Positions 37,443 to 48,156 of a DNA stretch of 64,000 nucleotides are shown here, piece after piece (the first letter of the stretch is position 1; every line of letters starts with the position of its first letter). The notes beneath the pieces were generated by a model. The model was not told where the DNA came from. It did no database searches and saw only the letters and a list, made by a program, of their open reading frames with translations. The translations under genes and the position numbers were made by a program. Source of the DNA: an uncultured Eubacteriales bacterium (lineage in GTDB: Bacteria > Bacillota > Clostridia > Oscillospirales > CAG-272); assembly GCA_905187695.1 (NCBI GenBank), contig CAJJIY010000003.1:4812-68811 (forward strand), given 5' to 3'.

Positions 37443-38634
37443 GCAAAATAAAAAAAGAGCAGACGGCCGCCGGGTCTTTCTCGTGGTTCTGGATTCCTGC
37501 GGCGCGGGAGAAATGCCGGACGCGGCTGAATTCGGAGACCGAGATTGCAACACGCTCCGGCGCATCTCGGAAAACGCGGCTTTTTCCTGTGAGAATACCC
37601 GCAAAATGGGGCTTGGAAATATTGACGGGCTCTCTTTTCTCGGAATCATCCCGCGGCCGACCGGCGCCTTCGGGAAATTGGCGGAGCGCTCCCGCGGAAA
37701 GGATACCACCACCGGACACTGGGAAATTGCCGGGGTGGTCTCACCCCGACCGATGCCCACTTTCCCGCAGGGTTTCCCGGCGGAGGTGCTGGAGGCGTTT
37801 TCCGCCAAAACCGGGCGGGGCGTACTCTGCAATCGCCCGTACTCCGGCACCCAGGTCATTAAAGACTATGGAGAAGAACATTTGCGCACCGGCAAACTGA
37901 TCGTTTATACCTCGGCGGACAGCGTGTTTCAGGTGGCGGCGCACGAATCGTTGGTGCCGCTTTCCGAGTTGTACGCGGATTGCCGCGCGGCGCGGGAGAT
38001 CTTACAGGGGCCGTATGGCGTCGGTCGGGTGATCGCCCGCCCTTTCACCGGAGAAGCGCCGGATTTTGTCCGCACGCCGAACCGCCGCGACTTTTCACTG
38101 GAACCGCCGGAAGAGACTCTGCTGGACGCAGTGAAAAAAAGTGGGCAAACGGTATGGGCAATCGGAAAAATCTCGGATATTTTCGCGGGGCGCGGTGTGA
38201 CGCGCTCGGTTCTGACGCACGGAAACGCCGAGGGGATGAGAGAAATTCTCCGGGCACAGGCGGCCGATTTTTCGGGCCTTTGTTTTCTGAATCTGGTGGA
38301 TTTTGATATGCTTTACGGTCACCGACAGGATGTGCCGGGTTATGCCGCGGCTTTTGCCGCCTTCGATCGTTGGCTGCCTTCTTTTCTCGCGCAGATGCGG
38401 CAGGACGATCTTTTGATAATCACCGCCGATCACGGATGTGATCCCGGAGACGCGCACACCGACCACACCCGGGAATACATTCCGCTTTTGGTCTATGGCG
38501 CAGGCGTCGTACCGGTCAATCTCGGTGTGCGTCCGACTTTCGCCGATATCGGCGCCACAGTGGCCGATTATCTCGGCGTGCCGTTTACCGGCGCGGGTGA
38601 AAGTTTCTGGTCGCTCATAAAGCAAAAAAATTAA
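37435..38634 (+). CDS. deoB: Phosphopentomutase
   Basis: 399 aa. VLDSCGAGEMPDA, and ITADHGCDP at the metal site. Confidence 0.9.
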   Translation: MTEQNKKRADGRRVFLVVLDSCGAGEMPDAAEFGDRDCNTLRRISENAAFSCENTRKMGLGNIDGLSFLGIIPRPTGAFGKLAERSRGKDTTTGHWEIAGVVSPRPMPTFPQGFPAEVLEAFSAKTGRGVLCNRPYSGTQVIKDYGEEHLRTGKLIVYTSADSVFQVAAHESLVPLSELYADCRAAREILQGPYGVGRVIARPFTGEAPDFVRTPNRRDFSLEPPEETLLDAVKKSGQTVWAIGKISDIFAGRGVTRSVLTHGNAEGMREILRAQAADFSGLCFLNLVDFDMLYGHRQDVPGYAAAFAAFDRWLPSFLAQMRQDDLLIITADHGCDPGDAHTDHTREYIPLLVYGAGVVPVNLGVRPTFADIGATVADYLGVPFTGAGESFWSLIKQKN

Positions 38635-38694
38635 AATACCCGCCAAACGGGTAAACTTTTTGTGCTATAAAATATCAATAAGGAGGATTTCGGC

Positions 38695-39129
38695 ATGACC
38701 GACAAAGAATTGTGTCTGACCGCGGCCGCCGCACGGCGCCGGGCTTACGCGCCTTACTCGCGTTTTGCGGTCGGGGCGGCGTTGCTCACGGAAACGGGAA
38801 AAGTTTTCACCGGTGCGAATATTGAAAATGCGGCCTTTACCCCCACAATCTGCGCCGAACGGGTGGCATTTTTCCGGGCGCTTTCGGAAGGAGAACGGCG
38901 TTTTTCGGCCATTGCCATCTGCGGCGGACAAATCGGAGAAAAAGGCGAAAAAACCGCACCGTGTGGGGTCTGCCGGCAGGTGATGCGGGAATTTTGCACA
39001 CCGGATTTCAGAATATTACTGACAGATGAGCAGGGCTTTTTCGACGAATATCCGTTGTCCTCGCTGCTGCCGCTTTCTTTTGGACCGCAAACGCTGAAAA
39101 AGGGGGAAAAGAAAGATGCGGATGTATGA
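38695..39129 (+). CDS. cdd: Cytidine deaminase
   Basis: 144 aa. Zinc motifs CAERVA and PCGVCRQVM. Confidence 0.9.
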   Translation: MTDKELCLTAAAARRRAYAPYSRFAVGAALLTETGKVFTGANIENAAFTPTICAERVAFFRALSEGERRFSAIAICGGQIGEKGEKTAPCGVCRQVMREFCTPDFRILLTDEQGFFDEYPLSSLLPLSFGPQTLKKGEKKDADV

Positions 39130-40420
39130 TATCATTTCCAAAAAACGCGATGGGGGTGTGCTTTCCGAAGAGGAAATCTCCTTCTTTGTGTCGGGATATG
39201 TTTCCGGGAATATTCCGGATTATCAGGCGGCGGCCCTGACCATGGCGCTCTTCCTTCGGGGCATGAATCATGAGGAAACGGTCACGTTGACCGAAAAAAT
39301 GGCCGCCTCCGGCGATCAATTGGATCTGAGCCGGTTTGGCGATGTCACGGTCGATAAGCACAGCACCGGCGGAGTGGGAGATAAGACCACGCTGGTCGTG
39401 GCGCCGGTCGCGGCCGCTATGGGCGCTACGGTTGCCAAACTCTCCGGCCGGGGACTGGGACATACCGGCGGAACTGTGGATAAGCTGGAATCCGTTCCGG
39501 GTTTTCGCACGGCGCTTTCCCCCGAAGAATTCCTTGAAGAGGTGAAAGAAATCGGCCTTTCGGTAGCCGGTCAAAGCGGAAATCTGGTCCCGGCTGATAA
39601 AAAGCTTTATGCGCTCCGGGACAGTACCGCTACCGTGGAGAGCCTGCCGCTGATCGCTTCCAGCATCATGAGTAAAAAACTGGCCGCAGGTTCCCGTTCC
39701 ATTGTGTTGGATGTCAAGACCGGCCGCGGCGCTTTTATGAAAACCAAAGAAGAGGCGCGCGCACTTGCGCGGATGATGGTGGAGATCGGCCGGGCCCAGG
39801 GGCGCCGGATGAGCGCGTTGCTCACCGATATGGACGCGCCGCTGGGGCGCAAGGTCGGAAATTCCCTGGAAATGCAGGAAGCGTTGGATATTTTACAGGG
39901 AAAAGTGACCGCCGGTCGGCTGTATGACCTTTGCGTGGCGTTGGCCGCGCAGATGGGAAAACTTGCGCTTCATTTGCCTTCGGACGAAGCGGATGCGGCC
40001 GCGCGGAGAGCAATCTCTTCGGGGGCGGCCTTTGAAAAACTCACCCGTATGGTGGCTTATCAGGGCGGAGATGTATCTTATCTGGAGCATCCGGAACGGT
40101 TCCCGAAGGCACCGTTTGTAAAAGAAATCCGTGCGCCTGAAAGCGGCTATCTCACCCTGATGGACGCGCAGACCGTTGGCCGGACCTGCGTATTGTTGGG
40201 CGCCGGCCGGGAAAAGAAAGACGCGACGATCGATTATACGGCCGGTGTGGTGCTGTTGGCCGAACGCGGCAATCTTCTCCGGCGGGGGGATCCGATAGCG
40301 CTTCTTTGTACCTCGGATGCTGACCGCCTGACGGCGGCGGCCGAAACTTTTTCGTCCGCACTTGCATGGAGCGCGGAGAAGCCGGGACTTTCCCCGGTGG
40401 TGCTGGAAGAACTGGCTTGA
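39116..40420 (+). CDS. pdp: Pyrimidine-nucleoside (thymidine) phosphorylase
   Basis: 434 aa. MYDIISKKRDGG..DKHSTGGVGDKTTL..GHTGGTVDKLES. Confidence 0.9.
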   Translation: MRMYDIISKKRDGGVLSEEEISFFVSGYVSGNIPDYQAAALTMALFLRGMNHEETVTLTEKMAASGDQLDLSRFGDVTVDKHSTGGVGDKTTLVVAPVAAAMGATVAKLSGRGLGHTGGTVDKLESVPGFRTALSPEEFLEEVKEIGLSVAGQSGNLVPADKKLYALRDSTATVESLPLIASSIMSKKLAAGSRSIVLDVKTGRGAFMKTKEEARALARMMVEIGRAQGRRMSALLTDMDAPLGRKVGNSLEMQEALDILQGKVTAGRLYDLCVALAAQMGKLALHLPSDEADAAARRAISSGAAFEKLTRMVAYQGGDVSYLEHPERFPKAPFVKEIRAPESGYLTLMDAQTVGRTCVLLGAGREKKDATIDYTAGVVLLAERGNLLRRGDPIALLCTSDADRLTAAAETFSSALAWSAEKPGLSPVVLEELA

Positions 40421-40434
40421 TTCCTGCAAACCGA

Positions 40435-40471
40435 AAACAGGCGGCGGGCACTCTGCGCCCGCCGCCTGTTT
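40435..40471. terminator. Rho-independent terminator between convergent genes
   Basis: 15-bp stem aaacaggcggcgggc/gcccgccgcctgttt with a 7-nt loop and T-rich sequence after it. Confidence 0.8.
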
Positions 40472-40509
40472 AATTTTTACGGTCATTATGAAAGAACAGC
40501 CGCTCGCAG

Positions 40510-42051
40510 TTATCCCAGAGCGAAAGAAAGGATTTCTTTGTGCTCAGGTAAGCCCTCGTTCATCTTCTCAATAAAAGCCGAGAGTGCATCGGTAAGATCG
40601 GAAAGGGTATAATCTTTTCCCAATATCCGGTAAGCCGCAAGGGGATCCGGCGTGATCAGCGCCGCCATTTCGGGCGGCTTCTGGTTGCCACGCGGCAGGG
40701 CAAAGATTTTGACTTTCCGGCAAAGCGGACAGGCCAGCAGTCGCTGGGAGAGTTCTTCCGGGCAGACCCATCGGCCGTCCGGAAACCGGATGGCCGATGC
40801 GGTGCGCCCCAGAATCAAGAGCCGCCCGTCCGGAGAGAGCGTGCCGACATCGCCGGTATAAAACCACCCGTCCCGCAGGTTACGGGCATTCTCCGGATTT
40901 TTCAGATAGTTTTTCACAACAAAGTCTCCGCGAAAGCGGATTTCCCCGCATCCGTCCGGCCCGGGATCAAACACATCCGCACTGAGTCCGGGGAGCGGAG
41001 TTCCGACATCGCCGGTACGGGAGGGTATGCCGACGGCCATGGCGCCCGCACATTCGGCCGCGCCGTAAAGCGAGAAAATTTCAAGCCCCCGTTTTTGCAG
41101 TTCTCTTGAAACCGAAAAGGGAAGCGAAGCGCCGACCGAACAGATCTCCGTCAGCGCCCCTCCCCATGCGGCAGTCATTTTTCGGCGGGTCCGCACCGGC
41201 AGGGCGCGGGCGGAAAGCGCGGTGCTTCTTTTCTTTTCCGGCATTTCGGAAAGCAGATCCGACACGGCAAAGGGGGGCAGGATCAATCGCGTGGGCGCCA
41301 ATAACCGTGCGTCTTTTTTAAAGTCGGTCAAAGCGGCGGAAACCGGCACCGCCGCGCCGGTGGAAAGCGGAGCCAGGAGTCCTGCCGTCAATACCGGCGA
41401 CAGGCAAAAGGAAAGCATGGAAAGAACCCGCGTGCCGGGTCTTTGCGGCAGGCGGTCGGCAAGAGACTGCGCGGCCGCCGTCAGTTGGGCGGCCGGAAGC
41501 ATCAGCGTTTTAGGCGCGCCGGTGTGACCCGCTGTGGCAAAAATCGCCGCGCCTTCGCGGTTGTCCGAAAGATATAGCGGAGAAGGTACGCCGCAGAGTA
41601 TCGCCTCCCGTCCTTCCCGGAGCAGAGCGGGAAAGGCGGAAAAAGGAATACACCGTTCGGGCGGCATTTTCAAAAGCGGGATCCGTTTGGTTTCTTCTTC
41701 GCCGTAAAGCACCGCTCCGGCGCCGGTATCCTGGCAAAGCGCCTTCAATTCATCGGCGTGCAATCCCGGATCGGCCGGTACGGCCACCCCCGCACCTACC
41801 AGAAGCGCCAGCAGGGAAAGCACCTGAAAATAGCTGTTTTTACCCAGCACCAGCACACGGGTGCCGGCCGGGAATCGCGCTTTCAATGCCACAGCCAGAG
41901 CGGCCGTATCCCGCTCCAGGCGCGCATAGGAAAAAGAAACGGCGCGCGTCTTGTCCGGGACCACTACGGCCGGCTCGCGACCGAAGCGGGATGCGCTGTG
42001 CCGGAGCAATTCTCCCACCGTCCGTGCGGGAATTTGCAGATCGTTCTCCAT
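40510..42051 (-). CDS. AMP-dependent synthetase/ligase (acyl-CoA ligase-like)
   Basis: 513 aa. AMP-binding motifs TAGHTGAPK, WFYTGDVG and GR. Confidence 0.8.
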   Translation of the reverse strand: MENDLQIPARTVGELLRHSASRFGREPAVVVPDKTRAVSFSYARLERDTAALAVALKARFPAGTRVLVLGKNSYFQVLSLLALLVGAGVAVPADPGLHADELKALCQDTGAGAVLYGEEETKRIPLLKMPPERCIPFSAFPALLREGREAILCGVPSPLYLSDNREGAAIFATAGHTGAPKTLMLPAAQLTAAAQSLADRLPQRPGTRVLSMLSFCLSPVLTAGLLAPLSTGAAVPVSAALTDFKKDARLLAPTRLILPPFAVSDLLSEMPEKKRSTALSARALPVRTRRKMTAAWGGALTEICSVGASLPFSVSRELQKRGLEIFSLYGAAECAGAMAVGIPSRTGDVGTPLPGLSADVFDPGPDGCGEIRFRGDFVVKNYLKNPENARNLRDGWFYTGDVGTLSPDGRLLILGRTASAIRFPDGRWVCPEELSQRLLACPLCRKVKIFALPRGNQKPPEMAALITPDPLAAYRILGKDYTLSDLTDALSAFIEKMNEGLPEHKEILSFALG

Positions 42052-42095
42052 GGTTTTTCCTTTCTCCCCGGAGGGGGTGAATGTCGGGCAGACGC

Positions 42096-43523
42096 TCAGA
42101 CTTCCGGATTCATGCCGGACAGCATTTCACGCCCGGCGAGCAACGGATCCACGGTTTCTTTGATAAAGCGTTCCACCTGTTCGGGCGCGCGTCCCACATA
42201 GGCGGCAGGGTCAAGATGCGCCATGATTTCCGCTTCGCTCAGACCGAAACGGCTGTCGCCCGCAATCCGGGAGAGCAGATCATTGGGAGCGCCTTCCTCT
42301 TTTACGCGTTTTCCGGCCGCCATGGCGTGGGTGCGAATGGCCTCATGCAGGGTCTGCCGGTCGCCTCCGCGCTTGACCGCCTCCATCAGGATGTTTTCGG
42401 AGGCCATGAAGGGCAGTTCGGCGCGAAGCCGCGCTTCCACCACTTTCGGATAGACCACCAGTCCGTTGGTCACATTGATGTAAAGGTTGAGCACCGCGTC
42501 CACGCCCAGGAAGGCCTCGGAAATGGAAATGCGGCGGTTGGCACTGTCATCCAGCGTACGCTCCATCCACTGGGTGGAGGCGGTAATGGCCGTGTTGGTC
42601 ATTTCGGCGATCACCGCGCGGGACAGCGCGCTTATGCGCTCGCAACGCATGGGGTTGCGTTTATAGGGCATGGCCGAAGAGCCGACCTGATTCTTTTCAA
42701 AAGGTTCTTCCATCTCTTTGAAAGACTGAAGAATCCGCAGATCGCCGGAGAATTTATAGGCGCTTTGGGCAATACCGGAAAGCACATTCATCACCCGCGC
42801 GTCAAATTTCCGGGTATAGGTCTGCCCGCTGACCGGAACCACCCGGTCAAAGCCGAATTTTTCGGCAATATACCGTTCGATCCCGTCAATTTTTTCGCCG
42901 TCACCCGAAAGCAGTTCCATAAAACTGGCCTGTGTGCCGGTGGTTCCTTTGGAGCCGAGCAATGCCAGTGAATCGCGCACATAGGTAAGATCCTGCAGAT
43001 CCAGTACCAGGTCGTAGAGCCAAAGGGAGGCGCGTTTTCCGACCGTTATCGGCTGGGCGGGTTGAAGATGCGTATAGCCAAGCGCTGGCAGATCCTTATA
43101 GCGCAGGGCAAAATCGCGCAGATTCCGCATGACATGGCAGAGTTTTCCCTCCACCAGCGACAGCGCTTCTTTCATGATGAGCATATCGGTGTTGTCACCG
43201 ACATAGCAGGAGGTGGCGCCCAGATGAATGATGGGGCGGGCTTTGGGGCAGGCGTCTCCGAATGCGTGAATGTGCGCCATCACATCGTGGCGGAGCTCTT
43301 TCTCGTAGGCGGCGGCCTTTTCGTAGTCCACTTCATCGGTGTGCGCCTTCATTTCCTCAATCTGCTCATCGGAAATCGGCAGGCCGGCGCGCTGTTCGGC
43401 TTCGGCCAGGGCAATCCAGAAAGCGTGCCAGGTGCGGAATTTTTTGTCTGCAGAGAAGAGATACTGCATTTCGGGAGAGGCATACCGGGTGGAGAAGGGC
43501 GAGACATAACGGCTGTTTTCCAT
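42096..43523 (-). CDS. purB: Adenylosuccinate lyase
   Basis: Start at the internal ATG at 43523 (MENSRYVSPFSTRYASPEMQYLFS). Contains the fumarate-lyase signature GSSAMPYKRNP. Confidence 0.9.
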   Translation of the reverse strand: MENSRYVSPFSTRYASPEMQYLFSADKKFRTWHAFWIALAEAEQRAGLPISDEQIEEMKAHTDEVDYEKAAAYEKELRHDVMAHIHAFGDACPKARPIIHLGATSCYVGDNTDMLIMKEALSLVEGKLCHVMRNLRDFALRYKDLPALGYTHLQPAQPITVGKRASLWLYDLVLDLQDLTYVRDSLALLGSKGTTGTQASFMELLSGDGEKIDGIERYIAEKFGFDRVVPVSGQTYTRKFDARVMNVLSGIAQSAYKFSGDLRILQSFKEMEEPFEKNQVGSSAMPYKRNPMRCERISALSRAVIAEMTNTAITASTQWMERTLDDSANRRISISEAFLGVDAVLNLYINVTNGLVVYPKVVEARLRAELPFMASENILMEAVKRGGDRQTLHEAIRTHAMAAGKRVKEEGAPNDLLSRIAGDSRFGLSEAEIMAHLDPAAYVGRAPEQVERFIKETVDPLLAGREMLSGMNPEV

Positions 43524-43539
43524 GTGGGGGTTCCTTTCG

Positions 43540-45078
43540 TCAGAGAAAATCATATTTTTTATCCAGACTTCGCAATTGAATAGCTTCGGCAATGTGTTCC
43601 GCCCGGACGCCTTCGCTACCGTGAAGGTCGGCTACCGTGCGGGCCACCCGCAAAAGGCGGTCATAACCGCGTGCCGAAAGCCCGAGTTTTTCATAGGCGG
43701 CCGAGAGCAACGCGCGGCCTGCCGCGTCCGGCATACAGCACCGGCGGATGCCAGCGCTGTCCAACCGGGCGTTGAGCGATACGCCGACGGCCTCTTTCCG
43801 GGCGGCGGCAAAGGCTCTGGCCGCAACCACCCGTTCCCGGACTGTTTCGGAATGTTCCGCGTGGGCATTGTCTCCGGACATCTGCTCAAAAGAGAGGGCC
43901 GGCATTTCCACCTGAATGTCAATGCGGTCGAAAAGCGGACCGCTTACACGGCGCAGGTAACGCCGCACATCGCCGGGGGCGCAGGTGCATTTCCGGGTGG
44001 GATGGCCGTAGTAACCGCATCGGCAGGGGTTCATAGCCGCTACCAGCATAAACGAAGAAGGGAAAGTGACCCGTCCCGCCGCGCGCGTGACGGTCACGCG
44101 GTGATCTTCCAACGGCTGGCGGAGCGAATCGGTCACGGATTTCGGAAATTCCGGCAATTCATCCAGAAAGAGCACACCGTTGTGCGCCAGTGAGATTTCT
44201 CCCGGTCGGGGGTTGGCTCCGCCGCCGACCAGACTCACCGCCGAAAGCGTATGATGAGGGGAGCGAAACGGCCGCACGGTCATCAGCGAGGCGTCGGCGG
44301 GGAGCATTCCGGCCGCCGAATAGATTTTGGTGGTTTCCACCGATTCTTCGTAGGTGAGCGGAGGCAGAATGGAAGGCAGACATTTGGCCAACATGGATTT
44401 ACCTGTGCCGGGCGGGCCGATGAACAGCAGATTGTGACCGCCTGCGGCGGCCACTTCCAACGCCCTTTTGGCCAGCATCTGGCCCCGGACATAAAAAAGG
44501 TCGGGCAGCGCGGCGTCTGAATGCCCGGCCGAAAAAGAAAGAGCCGGTGTGACCGGGAGGGTTTCCAATCCTGTAAGATGCGACAAAAGCGCGGAAAGAT
44601 CGGGCACGCCGTACACGGAAATCCCCTCGATGGCGGCGGCTTCTTTGGCGTTTTCGGCGGGCAGATACAGCTCGGGAAAGCCGGCACAAACCGCCGCGGC
44701 AGCCATGGAGATGGCGCCCTTTATAGGTCGCAGTTTCCCGGAAAAAGAAAGCTCGCCAAGAAAAACGGCGTTTTGCATCGGTCGGGTCGGCCGGAGCAGG
44801 CCGCCCGCGCCGAGGACCGAGAGCAAAATGGCCAGATCCAGTGCGCTCCCTTCTTTTTTTCGGTCGGCCGGGGCCAGATTGACCGTGAAAAAGGCGGGCG
44901 GCAATTTCAATCGGCAATTCCGCGCGGCGGCCAGCACCCGTTCGCGGGCTTCCTTGACTGCAAGATCGGGCAGGCCGACAATTTCAAGGCCGGGCAATTT
45001 CTGGCTGGCATCGCATTCTACCTGCACGGGAAAACCGTCGATTCCCTGAAGCGCGGCTGAAAACACGGTGAAAAGCAT
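43540..45078 (-). CDS. comM: YifB/ComM family Mg-chelatase-like ATPase
   Basis: 512 aa. Walker A GPPGTGKSM plus NGVLFLDELPEF and the C-terminal ChlI domain. Confidence 0.9.
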   Translation of the reverse strand: MLFTVFSAALQGIDGFPVQVECDASQKLPGLEIVGLPDLAVKEARERVLAAARNCRLKLPPAFFTVNLAPADRKKEGSALDLAILLSVLGAGGLLRPTRPMQNAVFLGELSFSGKLRPIKGAISMAAAAVCAGFPELYLPAENAKEAAAIEGISVYGVPDLSALLSHLTGLETLPVTPALSFSAGHSDAALPDLFYVRGQMLAKRALEVAAAGGHNLLFIGPPGTGKSMLAKCLPSILPPLTYEESVETTKIYSAAGMLPADASLMTVRPFRSPHHTLSAVSLVGGGANPRPGEISLAHNGVLFLDELPEFPKSVTDSLRQPLEDHRVTVTRAAGRVTFPSSFMLVAAMNPCRCGYYGHPTRKCTCAPGDVRRYLRRVSGPLFDRIDIQVEMPALSFEQMSGDNAHAEHSETVRERVVAARAFAAARKEAVGVSLNARLDSAGIRRCCMPDAAGRALLSAAYEKLGLSARGYDRLLRVARTVADLHGSEGVRAEHIAEAIQLRSLDKKYDFL

Positions 45079-45176
45079 GAAATGTCTCCTTTATCATAAT
45101 GCGCTTTGCACGAGATACGGCAGACCGTTTTCGGTCCGGAGTGTCCCGTGCGGTTTTTTGTTCTGTAAGGACGGAA

Positions 45177-46466
45177 TCAACGACCCTTTTTCACCTTTGT
45201 CAGCGCACTGCCGATTGTCTTGAGCAGGGTGGCATTGGCGGTCGGATCGGAAAGCGTCACGCTTTTTCCGTCCGTATCCGAGAAATTCTGCGGGTCAAGA
45301 AACGCCACCCGGATCAGTGCTTCACAGCCGGAAAAAGCCGTGCCGCCAAGATATTCAAGCGTAGCGGGGAAAGTCACATTAGTAAGCGCCGTGCAATCCT
45401 TGAAGGCCGCACTGCCGACCGTGGTCAGGCCGGCGGGCAGGACGAGCGCGATTAACCCCGAGCATCCGGCAAAAGCACCGTTTGAAATTTCGGTGAGTGT
45501 GGCCGGGAACGCGATCTGCGTCAGTGCCGTACAGCCCGAAAAAGCATAGGCCGGGATTCTTGTCAGACCTTCCGGCAGGGTGACGGCCGCCAGAGACCGG
45601 CAACCGGCAAAAGCATAGGAAACAATAATTTTTGTACTCTCATCAAAGACCAGCCGGGTCAGTTTTTCTTTGTCGGCCGGGCCGAGCGCCACCAGATAGG
45701 GGGCGTCTTCTGTGCCGAGATAGCGGACTCCGTCCTTTTCCACACCCGAAAGTGCGTCACAGCCGGAAAGGGCATCGTCTTCAATGCCGGTCAGCGACCG
45801 GGGCAGCGTCAGCGCGGTCAGTTTTTCGCATCCGGCAAAACATTCGCTTTCAATGATTGAAAGAAGGGGCGGCAGCGCGGCGCTTCCCAAAAGCGGGCAC
45901 ATCGAAAAAGCCGCTTTTCCGATCCGGGTGCATTCGCTCTTTTCGCTAAAAGTTACCGATGTGAGATTTTTGCAGTTGAAAAAGGCGCGGGCACCCACTT
46001 CACGCACACAATCCGGGAAAGAAACGGTGATCAGTTGGGTGTTGTTTTCAAAGGCCCCGTCCGAAACGCCCAGCACCGGCAGATTTTTATAGGTGGCCGG
46101 AACGGTTACATAAGCCGCGCTGCAGTTGCCCATGCCGGTTATGGTGTAACCGCTTGTCCCGTCCGGCAGAGTCACCGGTTCATAGACCAGATACTGCTCG
46201 TCGTATTTGGGCAGGCCGCACATTTTGCAGATGTTGTTTTCGTACTGATGTCCGATTCTGTATTCTTCGCTGACCAGTTCTTTGCCGCATTGCGTACATT
46301 CGCGGTGACGAAGACCTTTTTGCTGGCAGGTGGCCGCTTTATCAATGATCCAGTTGCTTTCGGTGTGTTCGTGTCCGGACAGTTGCTCGTCCCCGCAGGA
46401 CGCAAAAAAAAGCGGCAGACAGATGCAGATACAAAGAAGAAAAGCACATGACAGGATTTTTTTCAT
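45177..46466 (-). CDS. BspA-type leucine-rich-repeat lipoprotein
   Basis: Start at ATG 46466, with an AGGAGA RBS. Lipobox LPLFFASC. Repeated IP..V..IG..AF..C..L units typical of the LRR_5/BspA family. Confidence 0.7.
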   Translation of the reverse strand: MKKILSCAFLLCICICLPLFFASCGDEQLSGHEHTESNWIIDKAATCQQKGLRHRECTQCGKELVSEEYRIGHQYENNICKMCGLPKYDEQYLVYEPVTLPDGTSGYTITGMGNCSAAYVTVPATYKNLPVLGVSDGAFENNTQLITVSFPDCVREVGARAFFNCKNLTSVTFSEKSECTRIGKAAFSMCPLLGSAALPPLLSIIESECFAGCEKLTALTLPRSLTGIEDDALSGCDALSGVEKDGVRYLGTEDAPYLVALGPADKEKLTRLVFDESTKIIVSYAFAGCRSLAAVTLPEGLTRIPAYAFSGCTALTQIAFPATLTEISNGAFAGCSGLIALVLPAGLTTVGSAAFKDCTALTNVTFPATLEYLGGTAFSGCEALIRVAFLDPQNFSDTDGKSVTLSDPTANATLLKTIGSALTKVKKGR

Positions 46467-46669
46467 GAATTCTCCTTTCGGGTATCCGGCAGTCGGATAT
46501 TCTACCCTTATATTATAATATCCGCACGGAAAAAAGTCAACCCCGGCGCAGGGTTTCCTGTCTTCCTTCTTATTCCGGACAAAAGAAAAAATGCCGGGCG
46601 CACCGGATATCAAACCCAAGGGAAAAATTCCCGGCGCCGGGAAAAAAAGCTGTTTTTTCATGGAAAATG

Positions 46670-46698
46670 TTGAAATATGTCAGAAAATGAGATATAAT
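46670..46698 (+). promoter_or_regulatory. Sigma-A type promoter
   Basis: -35 TTGAAA (46670-46675), 17-nt spacer, -10 TATAAT (46693-46698). It lies 29 nt upstream of the ATG at 46727. Confidence 0.5.
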
Positions 46699-46726
46699 AA
46701 GAACGAACGGTAAAGGAGGTGAGCGC

Positions 46727-47572
46727 ATGGCAGAGAAGCCGAAAATGGAAGAGATCAAAGAATATATCGGGAGCAACGGATGTTCCGATACCGAACGGAT
46801 GATCGAGGCTCATTTTTTGGGTCTCAGGTCCGCCCCGTCTCTTTCTCTTGAGGACAGCCCGAAAACGTGCGTCTGCCCTCTTCCTTTAACCATCCCGGAA
46901 GCGTTTTCAAATGAAAAAATCCTTATAAACCGTACCGATACGGTAAATTGGGGACTTTTTGATGTATTGGTCGGTTCGGTGCGGAACGAGGCGCAATACC
47001 GTCATTGCCTTGCGGAAAACTATTATTATGTCCCCGCGAAATATCTGACAGACCGGCAGGATCCGATCCGTTATGTAGCCATGTATCATGCGTTGCGTTT
47101 CGGAGATCCCGGCATTCGTTATTACGGCAAAGTGATCCGGCGGGAATGCGTGCCGCGCCGGCAGGTGCCGTTTCCGGCCGCCCGTGCCAACGGCGAGGAG
47201 CCTTATGAAGTTTTCACGGTAAAAAGTTGGGAAGAACTGCCCCAAAAAATAAAGCCCTGCGGTCAGTCGGTATATGAGCCGCGGTTCACCAATCTTTTCT
47301 TGCTTCTGAATGTGCCGCGCACTTATGCACTTTTTATGATCAGAAGTGCGGAACAGTATGAAATTTTAAAGGAGTTGCGCCGCGCGGCAGCCAATCCGGG
47401 ACAGCTCGACGGTATCCGCCCGGTCGGCGCACGGCTGTGGGCACGGACCGCAGGCGGGTTCTTTGAACTGACGGATCGGACAGGGCGACCGCTTTGCCGT
47501 GTTTCGCTGGCGGAATTCCGCCGTGCCCCCGCCCGCGTCCTGCGCCGGATCTTTTCGACCCTTTCCGAATGA
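46727..47572 (+). CDS. Hypothetical protein
   Basis: 281 aa ORF with an AAGGAGG RBS and host-like G+C. No recognisable motifs. Confidence 0.5.
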   Translation: MAEKPKMEEIKEYIGSNGCSDTERMIEAHFLGLRSAPSLSLEDSPKTCVCPLPLTIPEAFSNEKILINRTDTVNWGLFDVLVGSVRNEAQYRHCLAENYYYVPAKYLTDRQDPIRYVAMYHALRFGDPGIRYYGKVIRRECVPRRQVPFPAARANGEEPYEVFTVKSWEELPQKIKPCGQSVYEPRFTNLFLLLNVPRTYALFMIRSAEQYEILKELRRAAANPGQLDGIRPVGARLWARTAGGFFELTDRTGRPLCRVSLAEFRRAPARVLRRIFSTLSE

Positions 47573-47594
47573 AAAAAGCCGCCGGGAAAGCGGA

Positions 47595-47612
47595 CTTCTC
47601 ATAAGGATGTTA
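47595..47612. repeat. Left terminal inverted repeat of the element
   Basis: CTTCTCATAAGGATGTTA, the exact reverse complement of 63902-63919. Preceded by GA at 47593-47594. Confidence 0.8.
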
Positions 47613-47827
47613 GAAAATATCCAATGAAAAGCCGATTGAGAGTGCCTAACGAAGAAAATCCATCATGGACAGTAGGTCTGTGATGGATTTTCTTTTTTCA
47701 TCCTTCAAAATTTGCGTCGGGGGAAACAAAGAATAGGCGCGGTGAAAAAATATTTTTATTTTTGAAAAAAGTCTGGACTTCTGCAACCTTCTGTGGTATT
47801 GTTGTGTGCTAACAGGAGGTACAGCCT

Positions 47828-48091
47828 ATGAAAAGCATTATTAACGAACTGTGGCACGGTAACATCATTCCGCAAGAGGACAGCCGAACAAATTCCAATG
47901 AGATGAAGCAACTCCTCAACTATATGGCAAGACATCACGAGGATCTCGAAAAGAGCTTCACGGACAATCAGAAGGAAGCATTCGAAAAGTTCCACGATTG
48001 CTTCAGCGAGTACATGGGCCTCGCTGAAGCTGCCATATTCGAATATGCCTTCAAATTCGGAATTCAAATTGTCGTAAACGCTCTATTGTAA
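47828..48091 (+). CDS. Small helical protein of unknown function (resembles small ORFs common on clostridial mobile elements)
   Basis: 87 aa with an AGGAGG RBS. MKSIINELWHGNIIPQED..; followed by a terminator. Confidence 0.5.
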   Translation: MKSIINELWHGNIIPQEDSRTNSNEMKQLLNYMARHHEDLEKSFTDNQKEAFEKFHDCFSEYMGLAEAAIFEYAFKFGIQIVVNALL

Positions 48092-48097
48092 AGCAAA

Positions 48098-48137
48098 AGC
48101 AAACCAACACGGATTACATAGTCTGTGTTGGCTTGCT
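48098..48137. terminator. Bidirectional terminator between convergent genes
   Basis: 13-bp arms agcaaaccaacac/gtgttggcttgct (12/13 paired), followed by TTTT. Confidence 0.6.
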
Positions 48138-48156
48138 TTTCTAATTTATACTTTGA

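Noticed and set aside
47613-47827. Possible tRNA or tmRNA integration target at the left element border
   Set aside because: No cloverleaf-compatible sequence or T-loop (GTTCRANNC) was found. The insertion site is instead explained by a split terminator hairpin.
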